A stretch of 44,018 nt of DNA from a virus. The notes under the pieces are model-generated. The model did not search any database. It saw nothing but the letters and a program-made list of their open reading frames with translations, and was not told the origin of the DNA. Location: the IMG/VR virus record IMGVR_UViG_3300045988_037151, positions 1 through 44,018 of that record; one strand, given 5' to 3'. Each line of letters begins with the position of its first letter. Position 1 is the first letter of the stretch. Positions 31,348 through 38,379 of the stretch are shown here, one piece after another. The position numbers were made by a program, and so were the translations under genes.

Positions 31348-32201
31348 CAAACTCACCTCCACACACGATGCAGTGCCGAACCTCGTCATCGACACCGCTC
31401 AGCACTCTAGCCTTTGTTTTGCACCTATTTGAGCAAAACTTAACTGTACCAAGTGGCTTTTTATAAAACACCTTACCGCAGCATTCGCATGTGTACGGTC
31501 TTTCTTCTAAATTTTCGATGGTTTCTTTTGCGTGTGCAGAGTGCCACGCCCACCCCTCTTTGCTGTGATGCCACTCTGCTGCTTTTGGCGTCGCATTCGT
31601 CACAAGATTTCTACACATTGCGTCGTAATTCTCTTTTGCCCTTTTGGCGGAGTGATAACTTGTATGGGAAGTACCAAGCACACATATCAGGTTTTCGATG
31701 GAATTGTTTCCCTTATCCTCGTCTTTGTGGTGAATGTGGTACCCTTCTGGTACCGCCCCGTTATAGCGCCTCCAAACATAGCAGTGGAGCCGTTCACGCT
31801 TCCCTGCGTCTGTCCTCCTAGAGGATAGGTAATAGCCCGTCTTCATGTCCCTTCGGAACTTATAGCCATCGCAGACGGCAACTCCTTTATTTTCACTGTA
31901 CTTAATTTCCACTTTCTCAACCTCCAATACATGCAATCCTATCATTGCTGCGCAGGTCTCTTACTGCAACCCATCCTCTTTCCGTCAAAATAGGGTGTTC
32001 AGCGGTTGCTTTTACCTTCTTTCCGTTAGCTAACTCAATTTCGAACACTTCCGCTTCTGCTTGCGTCATTCTCACATTGTGAAACCGGCGCTCCTTTGCG
32101 GTGCTTCCATCCGTACAAATGGCAAATCCATTCTTTCCGACAAGGTCTTTTATGCGAACCTGCCCGTAAACCGTATCTACTAGCGTATCGCCCGTTAAGC
32201 A
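31186..32201 (-). mobile_element. Intein/homing-endonuclease element inserted in terL (split arrangement)
   Basis: Bounded by Cys1 (codon 32201..32199) and the terminal Asn (31188..31186). The length is 1016 nt, not a multiple of 3, and three reading frames are used. Confidence 0.75.
31232..31912 (-). CDS. Free-standing HNH homing endonuclease lying between the intein halves
   Basis: GTG at 31912 with GGAGG at 31925..31921 (8-nt spacing), 4 nt after the IntN stop. Motifs: HIHHKDEDKGNNSIENLICV...H (HNH) and two zinc ribbons, CECCG...FCSNRC and CIVCG...CCSASC. Confidence 0.8.
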   Translation of the reverse strand: MEIKYSENKGVAVCDGYKFRRDMKTGYYLSSRRTDAGKRERLHCYVWRRYNGAVPEGYHIHHKDEDKGNNSIENLICVLGTSHTSYHSAKRAKENYDAMCRNLVTNATPKAAEWHHSKEGWAWHSAHAKETIENLEERPYTCECCGKVFYKKPLGTVKFCSNRCKTKARVLSGVDDEVRHCIVCGGEFVANKYTKRKCCSASCGDKLRWNNQHKKSGERSCVQHGS

Positions 32202-33338
32202 ATGGTCATTCTCTTTGATCGGCTTGTCCTCTGTGCTTTTGTCGTCCCATCGGTACAGGCCGAACTCCCGGATGCAGTCTTTGCAACTGCGATGCACCCT
32301 GATTGTGCCGTCCTGCAAATACCGGGCAGTTGTGTTGATTCCGGCGATAACGTCGTTTTTCGCCTTGCGGACGATAAACCGCTTGTGCCGCCGAATGACC
32401 TCTATAAACGATGCAGCCGACGGGTCAACAATGACACTCTTGATGTATAGATCGCCGGCCAGCTTCTCCAGCTCGGTGTAATATTCCTCGTCGGTCTTGT
32501 TGGCCTGCGTCTCGCGCCCGGAATAGTAATACTCGCGGATGCGCGTCGCTGTCTTGCCGTCCCAGCACCAAAGGCCAGCCGAAAACGGGTTCAGCGTGCC
32601 GTAGTCACAACTGATAAAATATTCTCCCTGCTTTGGCTCATCATCCACAATGCAGTCATCGTTAAACATAGGATAGATCAAGCCCTCAGCCAGCACCCAG
32701 CGGCCTAAGATGTAGCGCTCATAAAAGACGCCGGTGTACATCGACTTGTAGCGTTCAAGCACTTTTGCAGACAGCGCCGGGTTGTCGTCCATTGAAAAAT
32801 GCAAATAGAGGGCGTTGTGGTCGTCCGCCCTCTGAATCCAATTCGTGTAAAACCAATGCTGGGGGGAAGCAGGGTTACATGAAAACCAGATTCTAGACCC
32901 GTCCACAGAGCAACGCGCCAAAGCCTGATTGACGAACGATTCCGGCATAAGCACGACCTCGTCTAAAAGGACACCGGCCAGCGTTCGACCCTGAATCAGC
33001 ATAAAGGAACTTTCATCCTTGCCGCCGAACACCTCAAAATAATTCTTTCGGCCTTTGTACGCCACTTCGAGGATGTGTTCTCCACGCCGCCACCGGAGGC
33101 CGTATGTCTTTTTCGCCTCCGTCATTGAGATAAACGGCACGATGATATTCTTCGCCGCCGAATCAACGGTCTTCCCGCAGACGCCGAACCGCATTCCATC
33201 GAAATTATCCATCGCCCAGCGGATAAACGCCCACATCATGAATGTGGTCTTACCAGAACGAACGGCTCCGTCGCAAATTAGCACATCCTTATCAGTGTAC
33301 GGATATGCCAGAATCGCCTTTTGCTTTTTGCTGATCAT
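31917..33338 (-). CDS. terL: Terminase large subunit N-extein (ATPase plus most of the nuclease) fused to the intein N-terminal splicing half
   Basis: Walker A DGAVRSGKTT and Walker B GVLLDEV. At residue 380 the sequence switches to CLTGDTLVDT (Hint block A), then ...KATAEHPILT (block B), and stops 94 aa into the intein. Confidence 0.85.
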   Translation of the reverse strand: MISKKQKAILAYPYTDKDVLICDGAVRSGKTTFMMWAFIRWAMDNFDGMRFGVCGKTVDSAAKNIIVPFISMTEAKKTYGLRWRRGEHILEVAYKGRKNYFEVFGGKDESSFMLIQGRTLAGVLLDEVVLMPESFVNQALARCSVDGSRIWFSCNPASPQHWFYTNWIQRADDHNALYLHFSMDDNPALSAKVLERYKSMYTGVFYERYILGRWVLAEGLIYPMFNDDCIVDDEPKQGEYFISCDYGTLNPFSAGLWCWDGKTATRIREYYYSGRETQANKTDEEYYTELEKLAGDLYIKSVIVDPSAASFIEVIRRHKRFIVRKAKNDVIAGINTTARYLQDGTIRVHRSCKDCIREFGLYRWDDKSTEDKPIKENDHCLTGDTLVDTVYGQVRIKDLVGKNGFAICTDGSTAKERRFHNVRMTQAEAEVFEIELANGKKVKATAEHPILTERGWVAVRDLRSNDRIACIGG

Positions 33339-33514
33339 AAGTCAATAATGCAGTTCTCAATCGTGGGCGCCGCCATAATACCATCGTATACCTCGTATTG
33401 GCTCCCATCTTTGGCCTCGATGATGGCCGCTCTATGCGGGTTGCTGTTATGTGTGATCTTCGTCACCTCAGCCAGCGGGATGTAAATATCACCCCGACAC
33501 TTAACAAACTTCAT
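33335..33514 (-). CDS. Hypothetical small protein between terS and terL
   Basis: ATG at 33514. 59 aa starting MKFVKCRGDIYIPLAEVTKITHNSNPHR... The stop overlaps the terL start. Confidence 0.4.
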   Translation of the reverse strand: MKFVKCRGDIYIPLAEVTKITHNSNPHRAAIIEAKDGSQYEVYDGIMAAPTIENCIIDL

Positions 33515-33887
33515 CGCTTTCCAACCCTTCCGCAAACTCCCGCAGGCTCTTGCTCAGCTCATCTTCACGGCCTGTATCGCTGTCGGTGTTCTGTTCACCG
33601 GTCTCCGTCTGGTTGAGCACCTGCTTACCGAGCCAAATCGCCATGCCAGCGTTCTTTTTTGCCAAATTCCACTGGTAACGGCGTAGTGAGATTTTACCTA
33701 CACAGCGCTTCTTTTTATATACATCGGAAAAACCTTCCTTGTATTCGCGCTTACACCATGCTGTGAGTGTCTTTTCGTCGATTTTGAACCATGCGCAAAT
33801 CTCGTCCTTTGTGCATTGGAGTGCGCACAGCTTTTCAAACGCTTCTTTGTCAATCTCTTTTCTCGGTCGAGCCACTATTCTCACCAC
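33501..33887 (-). CDS. terS: Terminase small subunit
   Basis: 128 aa. ARPRKEIDKEAFEKLCALQCTKDEICAWFKIDEKTLTAWCKREY is the typical TerS N-terminal HTH. The exact start (33887, 33884 or 33875) is uncertain. Confidence 0.7.
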   Translation of the reverse strand: MVRIVARPRKEIDKEAFEKLCALQCTKDEICAWFKIDEKTLTAWCKREYKEGFSDVYKKKRCVGKISLRRYQWNLAKKNAGMAIWLGKQVLNQTETGEQNTDSDTGREDELSKSLREFAEGLESDEVC

Positions 33888-34833
33888 TTTTCTTGACCTT
33901 TTTCGTTTTCACAAGTACCTTGTCCGGGTTCTGTTTTGCATACTTGCGGAATGTCTCTGTTATCGCAGCGTCGATTGCTTTCCTGTCCTTCACCAACACG
34001 CCAACTTTGAACGGTTTTAGGATATGCTTGAACCACTGTTCACCAGGTTCGTTTTGCGCTGTGATGTTCTGTCCTCTCGACCGCATACCGCACTTATACT
34101 TATCGCCATATAGGCGTCGCATATGTTCTCCGCGTTTCACTCCGGCGGCAGCGTATGCTTTGCGGCACCCAGTCAAGTCTTTGTTTTTCGCTTGCCCGGT
34201 TTTGGAGTAGCGTAAGCAAGCGACCTGAATAGAGGGAACGCCCATCTGCCAGCATTTTAGCCGGTATTCGATGTCGTCCTCAAAGTCGCCGTGAAATATA
34301 GGGGGGCAAATCTCTAAGTTGAGTGCGAAAAAGCTATATACATACCGCTCGGACATAAATGTCATATCCGGGTTAGAGCAAGCAGCCAAATTGCACCCAG
34401 CCATTCCGGCATTTGTGTTTTCAAGGATTGTTACAAGGATATTCACAAAATCATCCAACATATTCTGGGTTTCATGCACTCTATAACGGCGAATGATTTT
34501 ATCCTTGCGCTTGTCCTGATAGGCAAGCTCGAGAAAATTAATGTTATCGTCGAGCTGCACCAGATACTTGTAGCCATGCTCCTTCGCATATTTGATTGCG
34601 AAGGAACGGTTCATCGGTGCGTACCATGCGCTATCCGAGTTTTTCACAGTGCTTTTGTACCACTCTGCATAATCGTCAGGGACGTTCACAATCTCCCATT
34701 CGGATTCGTAGCCATTGGAGTCGTTGGAGATAATGCGGTGCGGATAAGACACGTTAAAGCGCTCCGTTTTCCGCGCCTGAGATGTTCCGGGTCGTTTGCC
34801 GGATATTTCACACACAAGCACGTCATTCCTCAT
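33850..34833 (-). CDS. Uncharacterised enzyme-like protein, possibly a GT-A-fold glycosyltransferase
   Basis: 327 aa. VLVCEISGKRPG looks like beta1; KYLVQLDDNINF is DxD-like; HGDFEDDIEYRLKCWQMGV is a second acidic motif. The C-terminal tail is basic. The fold call is inference from motif spacing only. Confidence 0.35.
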   Translation of the reverse strand: MRNDVLVCEISGKRPGTSQARKTERFNVSYPHRIISNDSNGYESEWEIVNVPDDYAEWYKSTVKNSDSAWYAPMNRSFAIKYAKEHGYKYLVQLDDNINFLELAYQDKRKDKIIRRYRVHETQNMLDDFVNILVTILENTNAGMAGCNLAACSNPDMTFMSERYVYSFFALNLEICPPIFHGDFEDDIEYRLKCWQMGVPSIQVACLRYSKTGQAKNKDLTGCRKAYAAAGVKRGEHMRRLYGDKYKCGMRSRGQNITAQNEPGEQWFKHILKPFKVGVLVKDRKAIDAAITETFRKYAKQNPDKVLVKTKKVKKSGENSGSTEKRD

Positions 34834-35365
34834 CGCTTTGTTCTCCAGCGCTCTCTATCTTTTCCATTTGTTCCCGCATAGACTGAATGCGCTTAATCTT
34901 TTCCTCGTTCTCGCTCCTGAATACAACCTCGTAAGTCACGCCGTACTCGTTATCGTCCAGTGCGCTATTGTCTTTCTCGTCGAGCGTATTGTCGAAAACG
35001 TCGCTCAGCTCAAACCCGGTGAAAATATCATCCAGATCGTCAAGTTCTTCCAGCAGCTTTTTGTTGTCCCAGATGGAGTTATCAGACACTCGGTTATCGG
35101 CAAGACGGAATGCCTTGACCTGCTTGGGCGTAAGGTCGGCGGCAATCACACAGGGCACTTCGGTCAGGCCAAGCTGCTTTGCTGCCTTATATCTGGTGTG
35201 ACCGCAAACAATGACATAATCTTTGTCCAGCACGATTGGCACTTTGAACCCGAATTCGGAAATGCTTTTTGCGACAGATTCGACGGCGCCGTCATTCATG
35301 CGTGGGTTGTTCTCATAAGGCGTGATTTCATCCATGCTGACATATACAATATCGAGACTGTCCAT
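34823..35365 (-). CDS. ParB-like nuclease (ParB N-terminal) domain protein
   Basis: 180 aa. ITPYENNPRMNDGAVESVAKSISEFGFKVPIVLDKDYVIVCGHTRYKAAKQLGL is a ParB/Srx-fold signature (..NPR.....GH.R). Confidence 0.8.
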   Translation of the reverse strand: MDSLDIVYVSMDEITPYENNPRMNDGAVESVAKSISEFGFKVPIVLDKDYVIVCGHTRYKAAKQLGLTEVPCVIAADLTPKQVKAFRLADNRVSDNSIWDNKKLLEELDDLDDIFTGFELSDVFDNTLDEKDNSALDDNEYGVTYEVVFRSENEEKIKRIQSMREQMEKIESAGEQSDEE

Positions 35366-35440
35366 GTTTCCTCCATTTTCTCATCGCCCGCCCCCGCCCC
35401 TGTCCAATAATGCGATGTTGATACCCGCCTTTCGGCAACA

Positions 35441-35464
35441 CAAAAGGAGCACCCTTTCGGATGC
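35441..35464 (-). terminator. Possible terminator between the early and late (packaging) operons
   Basis: gcaccc (35449..35454) pairs with ggatgc (35459..35464) with one mismatch, followed on the minus strand by a T-rich run. Confidence 0.3.
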
Positions 35465-35515
35465 CCCTTTATCTACGCTACTATTTTACCACGCAAAAAT
35501 GGCTTTAAACGGCCA

Positions 35516-35914
35516 TTATTCAAGGAAATTCATATTTCGTCCGACCTGCCGGGTAAAATCGACGCTCCAGCGCCGTGCCGTGCGCTCTGAAATATGACAC
35601 TCTTGCGCCGCGCCATAGATAGTGTAACGCTTGTGCTTTTGCCAGTACAGCAAGGTCAGCAGCCGCATCAGTTCCGGGTTGCCTTTTACGGCGATTGCAT
35701 CGTATACAGCCTTATACTCCCTGTATTCTGGTGCGGTCATCGCTTTCACTGTAATTTGCTCGACCGTCCTGCTTGCCGTATGCCCACCAACCTGCTCGCA
35801 ATACCCGGGCGTGATATTCTGCCGCAGCATTTCCTGATGCTGACGGCACCGCTCAGGGTACAGATAGATAATCTTGCGGGCATACCCCCACCACGGGTAT
35901 CTTGTGTTGCTCAT
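35516..35914 (-). CDS. Late-gene transcriptional regulator (RinA/ArpU/sigma-like)
   Basis: ATG at 35914 in an ATGA overlap. The 132-aa product has a C-terminal HTH, YGAAQECHISERTARRWSVDF. It is the last gene before the packaging operon. Confidence 0.5.
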   Translation of the reverse strand: MSNTRYPWWGYARKIIYLYPERCRQHQEMLRQNITPGYCEQVGGHTASRTVEQITVKAMTAPEYREYKAVYDAIAVKGNPELMRLLTLLYWQKHKRYTIYGAAQECHISERTARRWSVDFTRQVGRNMNFLE

Positions 35915-36381
35915 AAGCCCGCCCCAGCAGTTTTTGTTCCGTACTGCTCCAATCTGTCGCGCCACCGTTTGGCCTTCTCCATCATGATTTTATCCGGTAA
36001 TCCGGGGATTCCAAACACCATCAAGCAGAGCGCAACGTCGGCGATTTCTTCAATGAGGTTATCCATTGCCGCACGGCTGGACTTCGGTGTTGGGCTAATG
36101 TATTTTTCTGCAACTTCCGTCTCCAGCGCACGATCATACTTCAGTGCGGCTTGCGCTAACTCAGACGCTTCTTCTGCCAGTTGTTTCAACATCGCGCTCA
36201 CAGAGAGTTCGCCTTCAATGTCAGCCGCGAGGTTCCAGATTTCTTGGCTCATTTCCCCAGAAAACACGGGCTTGAACTCTTTGAGTGCGCGGATCACCTC
36301 GTCCGCAGGGATATTTTCTCCCGTATGAAGATAGGGCGTAAACCACGCAATCACATCATCCAGGTTAATATAATCAGCCAT
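35911..36381 (-). CDS. MazG-like nucleotide pyrophosphohydrolase domain protein
   Basis: 156 aa. LAEEASELAQAAL...LIEEIADVALCLMVFG are the paired EExE/EE.AD helices typical of MazG-type all-alpha NTP-PPases. Confidence 0.55.
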   Translation of the reverse strand: MADYINLDDVIAWFTPYLHTGENIPADEVIRALKEFKPVFSGEMSQEIWNLAADIEGELSVSAMLKQLAEEASELAQAALKYDRALETEVAEKYISPTPKSSRAAMDNLIEEIADVALCLMVFGIPGLPDKIMMEKAKRWRDRLEQYGTKTAGAGL

Positions 36382-36559
36382 GCATTCGCTCCTCTCTGTC
36401 GATCATATACTCAATGTATTTGATAGCTGCACGCAAGTCCTCTACGCCGTTGTTTTCCTTCCAGTGCCATAGCTTACCGACTGCATTCGCGGTACATAAG
36501 CGCTCCACTGCCGGGAGTCCGGCTGCTGCGGCTTCCATCGCGTCAATGCGGTCAATCAC
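36374..36559 (-). CDS. Small protein, DUF3310-like
   Basis: GTG start. NAVGKLWHWKENNGVEDLRAAIKYIEYMI resembles the DUF3310 motif (GNaiKY..R...K.g.eDL.KA..Y). Confidence 0.4.
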   Translation of the reverse strand: MIDRIDAMEAAAAGLPAVERLCTANAVGKLWHWKENNGVEDLRAAIKYIEYMIDREERMHG

Positions 36560-36797
36560 TTGACTTTACCCCCTTCATATCCGCGCCGCATTTAGGGCAA
36601 TAGCCATACGTTTCCTCTGTTGCGTCATACGCAAATCCGCACTTTGTACACTCCGCATAGCCGTCATTTGCCTTCATCCACCACCCCCGGTGTCTCCGGG
36701 GCTTTTCGTGCCAGTCCGCCGCGACGATGCAGGCGGTCAGCACTACGCCGATAATAGCGCCAGCGCAAAAGGAGATAATGTTAAAGAGTAGGCACAT
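36552..36797 (-). CDS. Membrane-anchored zinc-ribbon protein
   Basis: ATG at 36797 with AGGAGGG 6 nt upstream. The TM segment is CLLFNIISFCAGAIIGVVLTACIV, followed by CTKCG...CPKCG. Confidence 0.45.
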   Translation of the reverse strand: MCLLFNIISFCAGAIIGVVLTACIVAADWHEKPRRHRGWWMKANDGYAECTKCGFAYDATEETYGYCPKCGADMKGVKSSD

Positions 36798-36972
36798 CTT
36801 CGGCCCTCCTGTTCCATGCCTTTCTGACATCATCTATGGTTGCATGGCAGGCATCCAACGTAAAAACAGAATCGCACATATCGCAATAGACCACATAATC
36901 ATGGAAATAGGAATATCCAGTTTCTATGTGTACGCTCCCGCCGCAAAACGGGCAAGGTTTCAGTTCATGCAT
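36781..36972 (-). CDS. Lar-family restriction-alleviation-like protein
   Basis: 63 aa. The start MHELKPCPFCGG and the later KAWNRRA are Lar-family hallmarks from memory. Confidence 0.6.
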   Translation of the reverse strand: MHELKPCPFCGGSVHIETGYSYFHDYVVYCDMCDSVFTLDACHATIDDVRKAWNRRAEDVPTL

Positions 36973-36985
36973 GGTTGTTCCCCCG

Positions 36986-37186
36986 TCAAAATCTGAAAAG
37001 ATCGTTTGAAATCTCTTTCGTTAGTTTGTCTGCGATAATGCGTGCATGGTCGAACTGACTTTTAATGCCAATATGCATTCCCATATTGCGCTTATCCTCG
37101 CGCCGCTTGACCGCATCCTGCCGCATAATATCAGCCATGTACAGATGTAAGAGCCGTACAAGCTCTTTTTTGTTTTCAAGCGTCAT
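36986..37186 (-). CDS. Hypothetical small protein
   Basis: ATG at 37186 preceded by GGAGGAGG. 66 aa. Confidence 0.45.
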   Translation of the reverse strand: MTLENKKELVRLLHLYMADIMRQDAVKRREDKRNMGMHIGIKSQFDHARIIADKLTKEISNDLFRF

Positions 37187-37793
37187 CTGATACCTCCTCC
37201 AGCTTGATAGGCGGTTCGTCGCTTTCGCGGTATGTGTCCCGGTAAATTTCCTGCTTAAATGACTCCGGTTGCAATTCCCGCCGCAGAATACGCCACATAT
37301 CAATGGCGATCATATCTTCTTCCTGCTTGGGAATATCATAGCGATCGACTAGGATTTCGCCTACCGCGTTAAGCATACGCCTAGCTGCATCTTTCTTTGT
37401 CATACGCCGGACAAGCTCAATGTTGTTGTTGGGGTGGTCGTTTAAACCACGGAAAGCTAAACGTTCTGCCAGCAAATCCCACTGGCCAAGCGCCGCCCGG
37501 AAATACTCCTCCAGCGCTGCGTTGATGACTCGGAGCTGTTTCTCCGTCAGCGTAAGTCTATATTTTTTGCCCATATTATTCCTCCTTGCGTTGAATCTGC
37601 AACTATCCGTCTCTGAATCATAATCGCAGCCATCAATAAATTGGCATTCGCTGCACAGCATAAGCCGCTTTCCGCAATGCGGACAAAATGCCTTATAGCC
37701 AAGCTCCCTTACATCCCACTGCATTGTGACCTCGATCTCACATTCTGGGCAATACTCAGTTACAACACACTCTGCACATCCGTTACTGCTCAT
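37176..37793 (-). CDS. Cys-rich zinc-ribbon N-domain plus helical C-domain protein (possibly two cistrons; internal start at 37574)
   Basis: ATG at 37793 overlaps the stop of the copy B gene. The product starts MSSNGCAECVVTEYCPECE...CPHCG...CSEC. An in-frame internal ATG at 37574 has AAGGAGG upstream. The part of the 349-aa track ORF upstream of 37793 is an alternate frame of the repeats. Confidence 0.5.
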   Translation of the reverse strand: MSSNGCAECVVTEYCPECEIEVTMQWDVRELGYKAFCPHCGKRLMLCSECQFIDGCDYDSETDSCRFNARRNNMGKKYRLTLTEKQLRVINAALEEYFRAALGQWDLLAERLAFRGLNDHPNNNIELVRRMTKKDAARRMLNAVGEILVDRYDIPKQEEDMIAIDMWRILRRELQPESFKQEIYRDTYRESDEPPIKLEEVSDDA

Positions 37794-38379
37794 TTGCGAC
37801 AGCCTCCAGCAGTTCTGGCGCATATCTCCTTGCGGCCAGCTCGATATATAGGCGCATTTCAGCTGCAAGTTCCGGTGTTTCTCCTGTCTCGGCGGCGTGC
37901 CGTTCATTGTTCGCGAGCCACCATGCGATCGTATGCACCTGACAGCCGATGCGCAACTCAGTCGCACTTGCCATGTTGACGTAATATTTAGACGTCTGGA
38001 TTTGGAGCGGCGAGACATCCCACGCATCGCCGTACACCCACGCATTGCCGGACACCCACGCATTGCCGTACACCTGCGCATTGCCGGACACCTGCGCATT
38101 GCCGGACACCCACGTATTGCCGTACACCTGCGCATCGCCGTACACCTGCGCATCGCCGTACACCTGCGCATTGCCGTACACCTGCGCATTGCCGGACACC
38201 TGCGCATCGCCGTACACCCACGCATTGCCGGACACGTCTAAATTTTTTTCATTTTCGACCCAGCCGCCCAGGTCTCCCTCTCGGACACCCGCAAAGCTGA
38301 TCCGCGCTTTTATCCTGTGGAGTACAGCACCGTCATCTGTGACTAACGTGTCACTCGTAAATTCATACTTGTTATTCAT
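37783..38379 (-). CDS. YdcK-like hexapeptide-repeat protein, copy B
   Basis: 198 aa: MNNKYEFTSDTLVTDDGAVLHRIKARISFAGVREGDLGGWVENEKNLDVSGNAWVYGDAQV..., about 12 hexapeptides, then WDVSPLQIQTSKYYVN...IGCQVHTIAWWL. It is a paralog of copy A. Confidence 0.8.
   Translation of the reverse strand: MNNKYEFTSDTLVTDDGAVLHRIKARISFAGVREGDLGGWVENEKNLDVSGNAWVYGDAQVSGNAQVYGNAQVYGDAQVYGDAQVYGNTWVSGNAQVSGNAQVYGNAWVSGNAWVYGDAWDVSPLQIQTSKYYVNMASATELRIGCQVHTIAWWLANNERHAAETGETPELAAEMRLYIELAARRYAPELLEAVANEQ
38019..38238 (-). repeat. 18-bp tandem repeat array of copy B
   Basis: Units are cgcat[tc]gccg[tg]acacc[ct][ag]. The peptide period is the same as copy A, but the synonymous codons differ. Confidence 0.9.

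Noticed and set aside
31232-31945. The HNH ORF next to terL as the terminase-associated HNH accessory factor of cos phages, with the ATG at 31945 as its start.
   Set aside because: It lies exactly between Hint blocks B and F of an intein inserted in terL, and the packaging set is pac-type (SPP1-like portal, MuF, TerS). The GTG at 31912 with a well-spaced GGAGG right after the IntN stop is a better start than the overlapping ATG.
37176-38225. A 349-aa ORF beginning MRGCTAMRRCPAMRRCTAMRRC..., together with similar repeat-derived ORFs at 37897..38241, 37988..38221, 38045..38893, 43773..44012 and 176..520.
   Set aside because: The repetitive parts are alternate-frame or antisense readings of the 18-bp hexapeptide arrays. 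The YGNAWV frame has proper starts and conserved non-repeat N- and C-terminal domains. Only the 3' part (37176..37793) is kept as a real gene.
37783-38379. The hexapeptide-repeat variability (N/D and W/Q/R alternation) as the target of a diversity-generating retroelement.
   Set aside because: There is no reverse transcriptase and no template-repeat/variable-repeat pair in the genome. The substitutions are not restricted to adenine positions.
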